This document shows positions 32,363 through 46,200 of a stretch of 60,780 nucleotides of DNA, piece after piece. This DNA is from a virus. Lineage: Duplodnaviria > Caudoviricetes. Position 1 is the first letter of the stretch; each line of letters starts with the position of its first letter. The DNA is taken from IMG/VR virus record IMGVR_UViG_3300033273_000409, positions 1 through 60,780 of that record; one strand, 5' to 3'. Both the position numbers and the translations under genes were made by a program. The notes under the pieces were generated by a model. That model saw only the letters and a program-made list of their open reading frames with translations. It was not told the origin of the DNA and did no database searches.

Positions 32363-34239
32363 TGGCAAATACAAAATTAACAAGTTTAGATTTTGACCAG
32401 ATAAAGGCAACGCTAAAGGATTATCTAAAGAATAATACCGATTTTAGCGATTATGACTTTGAAGGATCTGCCTTATCTAATATTGTAGACCTTCTGGCAT
32501 ATAACACATCATTTCAGGCATTTATGTCTAATATGGTGGCAAACGAGTCGTTTCTGAGTTCATCTGTTCTCAGAGACAACATCGTTCTGCATGCCAGAAA
32601 TCTAGGATATCTACCAAGATCTGCAAAATCATCAAGTGCATCATTTACATTCAGTGTTTTCTCTACATTTGATGGATTGGTAGGAAGTGCTCCAGCATCT
32701 CTGACTATTAGATCTGGATCAGTATTTACTGCAGTAAAAGACAACAATTCATACACATTTTCGACTCCAACCGACATTACCACTCCTTTGGTATATGTTG
32801 ATCCTCAGTCCCCTTCTCTAGGTGCTACAGCGTCTTTCTCGGGAGTCTCACTGTACGAAGGAACATACCTCACATCTGTCTTTGATGTTTCAAGACAAGA
32901 CTTAGATCAGAGATTTATTCTTGAAAACCCAGGTATTGACCTTGATACATTGGTTATCAATGTTGCACCAGACAGAAACAGCACAGAAAACGTTCTTTAC
33001 GTCAGATCTACTAATATTACGCAACTGACATCAGAATCAAAAGTATATTTTGTCCAAGAAATTGAAGACGAACGCTACGAACTGATTTTTGGTGATGGTG
33101 TCATTGGTGAACAACTACCCGATGGTTCTAGAATTACTGCATCATACATTATTTCGAATGGAAGTGATGCCAATGGTATTCAGGGTAATGAAAACTTTGT
33201 ATTCTCTGGAAATGTAACCAACAATGCTGGGGCAGTACCCAGTCTTCAAACAATTACAATTTCAAACTCTCCAGTTACTGAAGGTGGTGCAGAAATTGAG
33301 TCAATTGACTCAATTAAGTTCCAAGCACCCAGATTCTATTCTACCCAGAATAGAGCGGTGACCGCCTCTGACTATGAAACGATTACCAGACTTGTTTATC
33401 CTAACGTTGATGACCTATTTGCATTTGGTGGTGAGGAATCTTCACCCCCAGAGTATGGAAGGGTCAAAATTGTCGTAAAACCAAAATCTGGTGATAAATT
33501 ATCTGGAAGTTCTAAGAGTTTCATCAAACAGAAACTACAAAAGTATAAAGTAGCATCTCTGTCGGTTGACATTATCGATCCAGCAGTTGTTTATCCTGTT
33601 ATTGACTCTACGGTTTACTACAATGCAGATCAGACTACATCAACTGCAGCAGAGATCAAGAGTTTGGTAGAAACTGCAATTGATTTGCATGAGGCATCAA
33701 CAGCATTGAGTAAATTTGGTGGAAAATTAAAATATAGTAAATTAGTTTCAGTGATTGACGACGCTGACATTTCTATTAGCAGAAATGACACTAAGATTTT
33801 TATGAGAAGAGATTTACAGGCAGTTTTGAATACAAATGCATCTTATGAACTATGTTATGTAAATGCTTTTGAAATTGACACTGATGCACCTGTCTTATCT
33901 TCAACAGGATTCAATATTCAGGGTTATGATGATACCCTATTCCTCGAAGATGACTTCTCAGGATCCTTTGTAAATAGTAAGAGAACTACAAAAAACGTTC
34001 GTGCATATTATCTGAACAATTCTATCAAAACTTACCTAGGTGAACCGCTTGGTACTATTGATTATGAAACTGGTGAGATTTTATTGGGTCAGAAATCATC
34101 TTTGGTCATCACAGGTACATCAGAACCTGGTTCGGTTGTGAAAATTACAGTAAAACCAAGAAGTAACGATATCTTCGCAAGAAGAGAAGTATTTTTATCC
34201 TTAGTTAAGAGAAGCATTCAAGTTTTAGCGGAGTCGTAA
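32362..34239 (+). CDS. gp6: Baseplate wedge subunit gp6
   Basis: LDFDQIK..DYDFEGS..LAYNT..NESFL; FGDG..G; QNRAVTASDY; follows gp25. Confidence 0.92.
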   Translation: MANTKLTSLDFDQIKATLKDYLKNNTDFSDYDFEGSALSNIVDLLAYNTSFQAFMSNMVANESFLSSSVLRDNIVLHARNLGYLPRSAKSSSASFTFSVFSTFDGLVGSAPASLTIRSGSVFTAVKDNNSYTFSTPTDITTPLVYVDPQSPSLGATASFSGVSLYEGTYLTSVFDVSRQDLDQRFILENPGIDLDTLVINVAPDRNSTENVLYVRSTNITQLTSESKVYFVQEIEDERYELIFGDGVIGEQLPDGSRITASYIISNGSDANGIQGNENFVFSGNVTNNAGAVPSLQTITISNSPVTEGGAEIESIDSIKFQAPRFYSTQNRAVTASDYETITRLVYPNVDDLFAFGGEESSPPEYGRVKIVVKPKSGDKLSGSSKSFIKQKLQKYKVASLSVDIIDPAVVYPVIDSTVYYNADQTTSTAAEIKSLVETAIDLHEASTALSKFGGKLKYSKLVSVIDDADISISRNDTKIFMRRDLQAVLNTNASYELCYVNAFEIDTDAPVLSSTGFNIQGYDDTLFLEDDFSGSFVNSKRTTKNVRAYYLNNSIKTYLGEPLGTIDYETGEILLGQKSSLVITGTSEPGSVVKITVKPRSNDIFARREVFLSLVKRSIQVLAES

Positions 34240-34242
34240 AGA

Positions 34243-37200
34243 ATGACCAACATTTCTCAATTAGTCGATAACCAACTACCTGAGTTTTTCGTTCAGGAAT
34301 ATCCGCTATTTGTTGATTTTTTCAAACAGTATTACAGATATACTGAAATTGATAATTCATCATCATCCATTCTGAAGAAAATTCAGACTTATCAGGGTGC
34401 AGATTTTTATAAAGATGGTATTATCCTAGAAACCATCCTTGCTTCTGACGTTAGTGCGACAGATACTCAAATCACCCTTTCTAGTGACGTAAACAAGGAT
34501 AAAGCAGTAGATAAGAATGATGTACCCATTTTTAGGAGATTTCCTAAAGAGGGATTGCTTCTCCTGAAATCAAGTAATGGTGATGAGATTGTACAATATA
34601 AGTCATACGATAAAAATACAGGTGTTTTTAGTCACCTAAAGAGAGGTGCTGCAGGTACAGTTAAATTAGGTGACCTTTTATTAGAATCTGACTCATATAC
34701 TAGTACAGATGCAGTCGCGCATAGTGCATCTGATACTACAGTAACTAATATTACTCATTTGTTCTTGGCATCTCTGTTCAAGAACCTAAAAACACAATAT
34801 TTCTCTGGTCTACCAGTAGAAAGACTAAACGAGAGTGTAAATGTACCGACTGTACTAAAATACATCAAAGATTTTTACAGATCTAAGGGTACAAGTCCTG
34901 CTGTAGAATTTTTATTCAGAAGTTCGTTCAATGACGAGAAGATTCTCGTTAGATATCCAAACGAGCAACTCATCAAAGCTTCTGAATCAACTTGGTCTAT
35001 TGATACTATTGTTCAGGGAGACTTAGTAACTCTTAAATCTGGATATACTATTGATGATCTCTCAGGATTAGTTCTAAAACAGTCAACATATGCTTATGAT
35101 CCTTCTATTATAGAAGCATCTGCATCTATTGAAAGAATTGTTGCTGTAAAGAGTGGTGACAGGCAATTATATAGAATTTTTGTCAATAGTGAAAGTACAA
35201 CAGGAACTTTCTCTCCAATAAACCAAACTCTAAGTAGAGTAAACTTTTCTTTTGGTCAAAAATCTCTAGTTGTTGATTCTACTGTAGGATTCCCAGAAAT
35301 TAATGGGATATTCTACATTGATGGAGTTGTAGATCAAAATGGAGATGCTGTTGCCTTTACATATGCAGAAAAAACTGGAACTGAGTTTTATGGTATTGAA
35401 AGTAACGCTCTAGGGTTCACTACAGCACAAAAGAATACAAGAGTTTATAGTGGAAATATTGTAAGTGTAGTAGAAGATGTTACTTCTTCTATGAATTCTG
35501 CTTTTGCTGAATTTAGACCAACAGGAGTTATTACAGACTTCAATATTGTAAATAGTGGTTTATTATTATCTGAAGGTGATAAATTTGACTTTGTTCAGTC
35601 TGGTATTGAAGGTACTACGCCAATTGAAACCTCCTGGTCACAGAATGTACCAGGAAATGAGGCAAATGTGAATTTGGTAAGTGTTTCTGGTCAGATGGAT
35701 GCAACTTATCTGCAAGGAAACTATAGAGTTACTAAGGGTGTAAACGGTGTATATGATGATGGCGATTACGTATACGTCTCTTCCAACGGATTTCCAGATG
35801 TAATTGGATCAATTGGTAATATCAATGGTGGTCCTAATGCGTTACTTAGACCAGCTTCGCAAAGACATCTGAAAAAGATTCCTAAGCAACTAAGTTTTGC
35901 ACAAACATTATATGCTCTCCCAGATGATAATACGGTTGCAGTATCTGTTGATGGTGTACCTATTATCTCCCCAACAGGAACAAATGAAATAATAACTAAT
36001 AGAGAATTGGTAACTCAAGGTGAAGTTACCAAAATCAATGTTACCAATGGGGGATCTGGTTACTCTGCAGCACCTAGGGTAACGATTAGTGGTGTTGGTG
36101 GAGCAGCAGGAACTGCAACCATCTCAAATGGTAGTGTTATTGGAATCACTATTACTTCTGCGGGTCAGGGTTATACTTATAGACCAGAAATTACTATCTC
36201 CACTGGATCTGGAGCAGTTTTACAGGCAAATTTTGGATCAAATAATAAACTAGGGGATATTCAATCTTTAGATATTGTAAACAGTGGATCTTTCTATACT
36301 CAGACACCAGATATCGAAGTTGTAGACGAATCTGGGAGGGGTAGAGGTGCTAAATTTATTGTTGAGAATATTGATCCAGTAAACGGTAATATTACATCAA
36401 TCAAGAAAGTTTCTGGTGGTTTTGACTATGATCAGTCTAAAACCAAGATTTATGTAGTATCTACTGGCACTGGAGCAACAGCAGAAGCAGAAATCAGAAG
36501 CTGGCATAGAGATAACTATGCGGCATATACACAGTTTGCTGATGATGCAAATGGATATCCTTTCCAAGGAAGATTGCCAGAATATAATGATGCATATTAT
36601 TATGTTGGTAACCCTAGAGGTTATAGAATTACTAAAAATGATAATATTACTCCTAGTGGAGTTGAATTGCCATCTGATCTCTCACACTCGCCAATTGTTG
36701 CTTGGTCTTATGATGGAGTACCAATTTACGGTCCAGTCGGATATTCAGATCCAATGGATTCCACATCTGATCTAAAGAGAGTAGAATCTTCATATTATCT
36801 GAAAGAAAATAGAGGTGTAAATGGTCCCACTGCAGTGGAATTTACTATGGGCACCTTTGTAGAGGATTATGAGTATAAACCAGAAGGAAATGCTCTACAT
36901 AAAGACTTAGATAAGCATAATGGTCGATTCTGTGTTACTCCAGATTTCCCAGAAGGTAGATATTGCTATTTCTTGACGATTCATACTAGTGATGATGTCA
37001 ATCAAAAGAATAGACAGGATGCTAGACCAAGATATCCTTATATGATTGGTCCAACATATAAGTTCAATCCCGAAGACTCTAATTTTACAACAGAATCGAT
37101 TCTATCATCTTTACCTTCTAACGCAATTAGAATTAGAGATGTAAATGATAATGTTCCTAATTTTGGAGTTAATTTAGAAGCAACTGTAACTGCAGTTTCT

Positions 37201-40200
37201 TCTGGAACTGTAGATTCTGTAATTATCGAAAATCCAGGAAACAATTACTCAATTGGAACAGATAATTATTATCCACGATTTGTTGCTGGGGATAAACTTT
37301 TTGTAGATGATACAAATACTGAGGGTGTAGGATTTTCTGGTAAGGTTGCTTCTATTATTGCAAAAAATGATTCTGGATCGGATATTGGTGTATCTTCTAT
37401 TTCATATTCATCAATTACTGGAAATTTAGACGTTAGAAAGCAAATTCTAAATATTGCTCCACCAACATTTGATGGTACAAATTTCCAGTATAATAAAATC
37501 TTTGAAAGTGATACTATTGTAGATACATCTAAGACTGTATATAATCTTGAAACTGCAATTCCATGTTCCGCTACAGATACTGTACTTAGATTTAGAGAAG
37601 CGAACACTTCCAATGTAAATATTGGAGATACTGTTGGTATTCAATCAGAAAGCATTTATATCAGTAGTGCATTCACTAATAGTGTTCAATATGCATATTT
37701 AAGTGTAGCAACTACCCAAACACAAGATCCAGTTTCACCACAGACTGACCGAGGATTCTTCTGCAAGTATGAGGGTGGTAAAGCACTGTTTGATGAAATT
37801 TATGTAGATTCTGGAGAAAATTCAACTAAAATCGGTAAAATCCTAGAAATCAATACAGTAGCAAATGTATTGAAGGTTGAGATGTATATTGATCCAGATA
37901 CACAAAATTATTATTCATTCCCAGCGTTGGGAACTGGCATTTCAAACCAAATTCAGACCGAACCTCGATATAGTCAGAATGTTAGTGCTATTGAATATGT
38001 ACAAGAAGTTACTGTTGTTAGAGGATACGATGGATCCAATGAATCCAAGCATCCTTCTGGTGTAAAATGCCCAACCCAAGTTCCTACTGCAACTATTGAC
38101 GATTATAAGGTAAGACTTCAATTTACTGGTGCTGATCCATCTTTATTTGTTCCTGGAGTTTACATTAAGGGTCAAAACTCAGATACTACCGCACGTATTG
38201 AACTGGTAGAAACCATTTCTGCAACTTCAGGATATTTGTATCTAACTGATGTAAAAGAAGGACCAAATGCTGCTGATGTTCCTAGATTTGGTATTTACAA
38301 TAATGGATCATTCAATCCAGAAACTATCAATGAAATTGGTGCTGGTGTATCAACAACACTTACAGAATCTGTTGATGGGGATGACACAGTACTAAAAGTT
38401 GTCAATAGCGATCTTTTCTATGTCAATCGTTATGTCAACGTTGGTTCCGAACTAATGAGAATCACTGACAAACAACCAGGTCAGTTGACAGTTGCTAGAG
38501 CACAGGGTGGTACTCCTGCAGATGACCATTCAGTAAATGCCACTGTAAGTATTGCAAACCATACTGCTACAACAGCAGGTGATACATATCAACTCACAGT
38601 TTCTTTGGAAAACGCACAAAGATTCTCTAATACTAGCACATTCAATGATAACAATGGTGATAGCATTGCGATCGATACTGTTGCTGATGGTAAATTATTA
38701 GGAGAGGAGAATACTTTAACTATTGATGCTCAAAATTATGACAGGTTCGCTCTCGGTGATATAATCAAGATTGGAACGGAGCAAATTAGAATTGATAGTA
38801 AGAGAACTAATCTTCTAAGAGTTACAAGAGGATTCAATCAAACTACTGCAATCAATCACAACCATAATCTCTCTGTAGAAAATGTTAGTAAGTACGATGC
38901 ACTCGTAACTACAAATACTCCTCATGATTTGATTGATAGTGATCTCATAGAAATTACTGGAGATCCTTCATTAGAGACAGTTCAAGAGACTGGTATTGCT
39001 GTTAGAATTTCAAACGGTCAGTTTGAATTCAATAGTGTTCATACTAATGGAAATTATCAGCAAAATCCGTCATTGACTTTAGTTTATGGTCATAAGTATG
39101 TTTTTGATGTCTCAGATTCATCTAATACAAATACTACTCTTGGATTGTATTCTGATAAAGACTTCAATAATGAAATTTCTGTAGAAAGAATTGGTGTCCC
39201 TGGTTCATTGAACTCTAAAGTTATTTTGAAGAATACCAATAGAGACAATACTAATATTTACTACAATAATCCCAATGCTCTTATTTCTAGCCTAACAAGT
39301 AGACTTACATTTATTGATGATCCATATAATGTTTCTTTGACTGGGGTATTTGATCTGACCACCACAACATTCAAGTATCTTGTCAGATCTAGACCAGAAG
39401 GGAATGCTAGAGGAACTAAGACACTTGCACTGCAAAGTCATAGGTATTCTGGCAAGATTAATAGAATTTCTATTACAGATAGTGGTGATGGATATCAGTC
39501 ACTGCCAGTTATCAAGGGTATCTATTTTAGAGAAGAGGATGCATTCAGAGGCACCGTTATTACTGATGATGATGGTACAATTCAAAGAGTAGATATTGAT
39601 TTTGGTGGAACAAGATATATTTCACCAAAAGTATATGTCATTGGTAATGGAAGTGGCGCATCAATGACTGCTGATGTTCTTGACAATAGTGTCAGACGAA
39701 TCACCATTAATAATGGTGGTTTTGGGTATGATAAAGACACTCAATTAGTCTTAGTTGAAGAAGATGCTAGAACAGCAAGAATTCTTCCTCAAACTAAAAC
39801 CATTGGTAAGATTTCAGCATTCAGTATCAAGAATCCTGGACTTGATCTGACAAGTAACTATACGATGGCACCTCAGGTCAGAATTCCGACCACTATCCAA
39901 GTTACTAACATCAATGGTGAATATAGGAAGGGTGAGACTGCATATCAAGGAAACGTAAATAATCCATCAGGAAAGGGTATTGTTGAAAGTTTTGATACTA
40001 AGATCAATGTTCTAAAACTTGTCGGCGTCACAGGTCGCTTTGTTGATGGAGAAACTGTTGTTGGATATACGTCTTCAGCAACTAGTAATGCAAATAAAGT
40101 AAACCTGTCTAAGGTTTCTGCAACTGTAGGTGCTCTAACTACAGTTGAAGGCGTATTTACCGATGAATTCGGTAAAATGAATACTGCATCTCAAAAGATT

Positions 40201-43200
40201 CAGGATTCTTACTTCTACCAAGACTTCTCTTATGTAATTAGATCTTCGATTCCAGTCTCTGATTGGAGACAAACTATCAAGACATCAACCCACCCCGCAG
40301 GTTTTGTTGTATTTGGTGAGGTCATTATTGACTCTTCCCAAAGTGTAGCAATGCTACCTGTTCTAGGTGAGGTCAAGTGTCCTGCAAATGACGTTACTTC
40401 TTCTTGGAAATTTGATACTAGAACGGAGATTTCAAATACTGGTGATACTGCAGGTGCTCTATATCTTAGAAATGCATTTGGTGTTCAGGTTGGGGATGCT
40501 CTGAAATATCGTTCTACAAGTCAAGATGAAGTTATTTCTTGGAATGCTACAAATCTTGCAGGGGATCAGATAACAGGAAGACTGGTTCATGATCGTATTT
40601 ACCATGTGCTAGAAATTACTGCTACCGATCAATATGGAACTTGGGTCAAAGTGGGTCAATATCATCCATCAGATAAATTTGCTGATGTTGCTCACAACAA
40701 AGAAAATTACATTTATAATTTAGTACCAACTGATATTTCATATAAGCATGAGTTTAGATGTGATAGTCAAAATCCAAAGACTCTAATTACAATCAACGTT
40801 ATCAAAAAGTTTGTTGAGATTGAAGATACTAGAGCACAATTAGGACCATCACTCAAAACTATTCAAATTAATAAGTTCTTCCAATTCAATAGGAAGCGTG
40901 GTATTGGTTCTCTTATTGTATCTGAAGGATCTGTTGCGGTTGATCTCAAGCAAATTGATGATCTAACTCCAACCTTCGTAGAAGGTGTGAAGATGTATGA
41001 TTTGAGAAGTCTTGGAACTAATTTTATCCCTTACAATGAAAATACTCTAATTATTACTCTTGATGGTGTTGTTCAAGAACCAGGAAAATCATTCAGTATT
41101 ATTAACGATAGAAAGTTAGATGAACTAGAAATTACAACAACTGGTGCAGGAGAACTTGAATTTGATTCTTGGAGAGTCACTAATATCTCAACTAATGCAG
41201 GTATTGCTGATATCAGAACTGTGTATAATGATCTGGATTTTGTTTACATCAAGGCAGAAAGTTTACCATCATATACTACTGAATTTTCAGGATATACAAC
41301 AGCACCGTCTGCACAAGGGTTTATTAGAAGATTCCCCAAAAAACCATTTGCTCCTGTCCAAAAAACCAGAAAACCCTTAGGTACTTTTGGTACTTTTGTG
41401 AATGGTGTTCAGATTTATAATGTTCTGCAAGGAGATAGTTATAAAAATGGGGGTTATTGGAATATCAACCATGGAAACTGGTCTGGAAATGAGGATACTT
41501 ACAATGGTTTAGTTGACTCTGCTGGTACATATTTTCACTATAACAATCCAATTGAACTAAGAAGACAACTATCTGATAATATTTCTCCTTCTGGTACATA
41601 TACTGAAGCAACTTCATTATCTCACTCACCAATTCTTGGTTGGGCATATGATGGTACTCCCATCTATGGTCCATATGGATATTCAAATCCAGATGAAGTT
41701 TCTTCTATTGTAAAGATTGATAGTAGTTATTCTAAGAGATCTATTGCTACAAGAAATGTTCTTCCTGACGGAACTATTCTTCCAGATGCTGAAGTTGGAC
41801 CCCCAGTCAACTCGGTAGAGTTTACTGTAACTGCTTTTGTAGATTTTACTGGATCGACCGCAGCGTTTGAGCAAGACCAGAATATATTACAAGTCAATAG
41901 TGGAACGAATAGTGATGTAATTGCAGGAGTTTCTGGAACGGTTGTTTCTTATGATTCAACTACAAGATTGATGCTTTTGAATAATGTTACTGGAACATTT
42001 GCTGATGGTATGTGGATCAAGTCTCAGACTGGATGGGCACAAATCAATAGCGCACCTGTTCGATATAATCTTGGATATTTTGCTGAAGATTATGTCTATA
42101 TTGATGGATCGGGACATCTTGATCAATATAATGGCAGATTCTGTGTAACTCCAGAATTCCCAGAAGGAAGATATTGTTACTTTAGCACTATCGAGTCAAC
42201 AACTCCCACATATGGCGGAGCAAATAATGGCGCATATCCATATATTGCTGGTGTTGACATGTATCATAGATTTTATGAGGAAAACCGCCTCAGAGCATCT
42301 GAGCTGAAAGATAAGATTATCTTCAATGATCCTCCTCTAAAATATACTGATCCAATTAATGGACAAGTAAATGTACAGAGATTCCAAGGAAGACTGTTCA
42401 GTTTTGTTGATGATAACAATAACCAAGAGTATACTAAAAAATATAAGGATATCTCTTCACAGTTTGATGGAAATAAGACAACTTTCAATCTAGAACTTAC
42501 TCACGGTCAAGCACTGTATGCACCTGATGATGCGGCAGAGGCAAATGAATATGCATTTGTTTGTATTGATGGTGTTCCTCAGGTATATGGTGAAGCGTAT
42601 ACCATCAATGAAGCGGGCAATACAATCACATTTACCACTCCACCAAAAAGAATTGGTAAAGTGATCAATATGAGTGAAGTTACTAATATTTCCCAATTTG
42701 CTGATAGTGAAATTGTTGTTGGTCAAACCACACAAGCACAAGGAAAGGTTCTATCAAGAACACCATCTGGTTATGAAGGTAAGGGTATTATGAAGGTTGA
42801 GGTTATCCGTGGTGACTTCCAAAATGAAAACATTGTTGGTCAAACATCAAATACTACAGGTTCTATCAAACTGACTGGAACTATTACTACGGGTAAAGAT
42901 AGATTCCTTGATGCTGCCAATTTGATTGAAGCAAACAAGGAATTGATTGCTAATGAGGCAGTTGATATTATGTTGAATTATACTGCCTATACAGGATTCT
43001 CCGTACCAGGAGGAACTCAAAATTGCGTTGATGATGTCAAAGACGTTATTGGTGCAGTGGTCAATAACTTAAGATTTGGTGGTAATGATTATACCTGGGA
43101 TGCAGCAAATCTATATGCAACTGGTGGAGCACTTCAACATCTTGTAGGTGAAGAGGAACAATCTAAACTAGTATTCAGATGGGCAAAAGACCTATGTATT

Positions 43201-46200
43201 CTTGCAATGCAGAATAAACTTGGTTATAACCCCGTTGATGGTGCAGGATATCCAACAAATCCAGTTGAAGATAGATTTGTTGATGCAGCAAATTTGATCA
43301 CAAGCAATAGAGACTTTATTGCAAATGAGGCTGTTCAGAGAATGCTTCTTGATCCAGCAAATTCTGGATTCTCAGTTCCTGGTGGAACTGTAAATTGTGT
43401 TGATGATGTCAAAGATGTCCTAGATTCTATGGCATTCAATATGAGATATGGTGGAAATAGTAAGGTTTGGGATTCAGCAAACTTTTATGCCACTACAGAT
43501 AATCTTTTGGATGAAGAAGATGAATCGATTGAGGTTTTCAACCATGCTAGAGCAATCGCTATTGAGGTAATTAATAACATTGCAGTAACTGTTCAAGGAA
43601 CACATGGTTTGACACAAACGTTTGACAATACCATTACTGTTGATGCTGGGGGATGTGCAAATGTACAATCAGCGATTACTACGTATATTGGTATTATTAC
43701 AAGCACAATTAGTGATAATACGTATTTGAATGGTGTGACCAGAACATCACCTAAAGCATATCCAATCACATATAATGGTCAGATCAACCCAGTTACTGAT
43801 GATACAATTATCGTTGATGGTGCGAGTTACACTGGATCATGTGCAAATATTGAATCTGCAATCTATACACTATTTGATATTGTAATCAATACAATCACTA
43901 ATCCTACAAGTCTATCTGCTATTACTAGAACATCGGGTAAAGGGTATGTAGAGAAAGTTGGATTCCCACAAGAATTCTTCGCATTTGCCAATGGTAAGTA
44001 TTCTGTTCTTGATTCTTTTGATACCTCACTTCAAGACAACACAACGTTCTTGCTGAAGAGATCTGGAGAACTTATTGTACCAACCAGTTCTCTTCAAGTT
44101 ATTATGATGGTTGATGGTGTGATTCAGGAATTTGGTAAATCATATGTCTTGAATGAGGCATTGGTTGAATTCTATGAACCAGTAAGAAAGGGATCTAAAG
44201 TCGTTGCACTTTACTGGTATGGTAAGGATCTTGAGAAGATTCTTCAGGGTTATAATATGCCTCTATATGAACCAAACTTCATCAAGAGAAACCTTATCAC
44301 TGGTACTCCAATCACATATACCGATCCAGGTGGATTCACTACGAATAAACTGATCAGATCAATTAAACCTGAGGATGTGCCTGTATTTGAATATCTTGAT
44401 ACTTCGAAAAAAGTCCAAATTGATGGTGAGGCACAACCAAGAACTATCTTTAGTGTTTCTGATAGAGACATTATTCAATGGGAGACTGATGATACTGAGA
44501 GCAACACCTACTCGTTTGATGCAGCAAACATCAATACTGTATTCCGTAAAGTATATCTTGATGAATATACTGGAACAGCACAAACTTCTGATGTTATTGA
44601 ACCTGGCACAAGAGTAACATACAATAACAATGGCAATCCAGATGTTCCTGGGTTGACTGGTGGTCAGCAGTATTATGTTGGATATCGTTATCCTGAAAGA
44701 GCAGTTCTGTTCTACAATGATTATCAAACATCACTCTCATCTGACGAGACTTATTCTATTGCAATTGGAACCAGTACGGGTGTTCATAGCATTACTATTC
44801 CATCAGATCTATATGGTCTGAGACAAGCAAATATCACTACCAGTGATTATGGTGGTATTACTAGAGGACAGGGTGCAGATCTTGTTGCTAGAGTTAGATG
44901 GACCGCAACTGTTGCAAGTACTGCATCATATGCAGTAGACACATTGCTATTTGCTGGTGGTGAAACTGTCGCTAAAGTAATCCAGGTAATTTCGCCAACT
45001 GAGGTCGAAATTCAAATGTTCCCAGATAGGGCAATTGCACTAAACTCTGTTGTTACGACTGACCTTGGTGGATCTAATCCACAAACAGTTACTGGAAGAG
45101 TCAATGGTAGAGTTGTTGCTATTGAACCTGTTCAGGGATCGTTCCCAATCGGATCAGATTATGAGACCGCTCCAGTAATTATTATTAGACCAGCTAAAAA
45201 TGATTCTGGTAGATATGCACGTGCATATTCTCAGATCAATAGAAATAATCAACTTGAAAATTGTGTTGTAACTAGTGAGGGTGAAGAGTATTACGAAGTT
45301 CCTGATGTACTCGTCAGTAGAGAATATGATGTTATTACTCCAGTATATCCAACTGTCAAGACTGCAGGATATCTAAACTTCTGGACATCACAAAACACTC
45401 AAATTTCTGTCAGCACCCTTATTGATGCTAGATCTGAAGTTGAGGTTGAAATTCTAAGGAATATTGATGTTGGTTTAGATGAACCAGTTGATGATCAAGT
45501 AATTACTATAAATCTTGAACCAAAGATTCTTGATGATTTTATTACCACACCAGGAAAAACTTATTCATACAATGGTGCGGCACCATTTGAAGAAGATTTG
45601 GCAGATGCAGTCCCAGCAACAGTCACTTCTGTTGGACTATTGAGACTGACACCAACATTCAGTCTCCTTGAGGAAGATAGATTTGCTCTTGAGACATCGT
45701 TTGAGATTGGTAGTTTGGATCAGTTCCAAGACTTAACTATTGGAACGGTAAGTGATAGATACTATTCTTCGATCTATAAAGATCTAAATAACCGCGTGAC
45801 CAGATATAATATGTCACCAATTACATCAACTGTTGATGCTGTGGCAACAGTGACATCTAACTATTCAACCACAGACACTTCACTTTATATTTCTAGTGTA
45901 GCTGGTTTCAATCGACTTTACGTTGAGGGAACAACTTTCTGGATTTATCCTGGTGCAGAGATTTACAATGAAGTTTCCACTGAAATGATTGGTAGAGTTG
46001 AGAGAATTATTGATTCAAATACTTGGATAATTCAATTAGAAAGAGGCAAACAACTTACACTTGGTCAAGGATTGACATATGCCAAGAATACTGTGAAGGT
46101 AACAGAAGTTGCCGATAGATATGGATATGTTCAATTTGCTGAAACTAATAGAATGGAAGTTATTAGATATGGAACTGTGAATTGGACTAATAACTCATTG

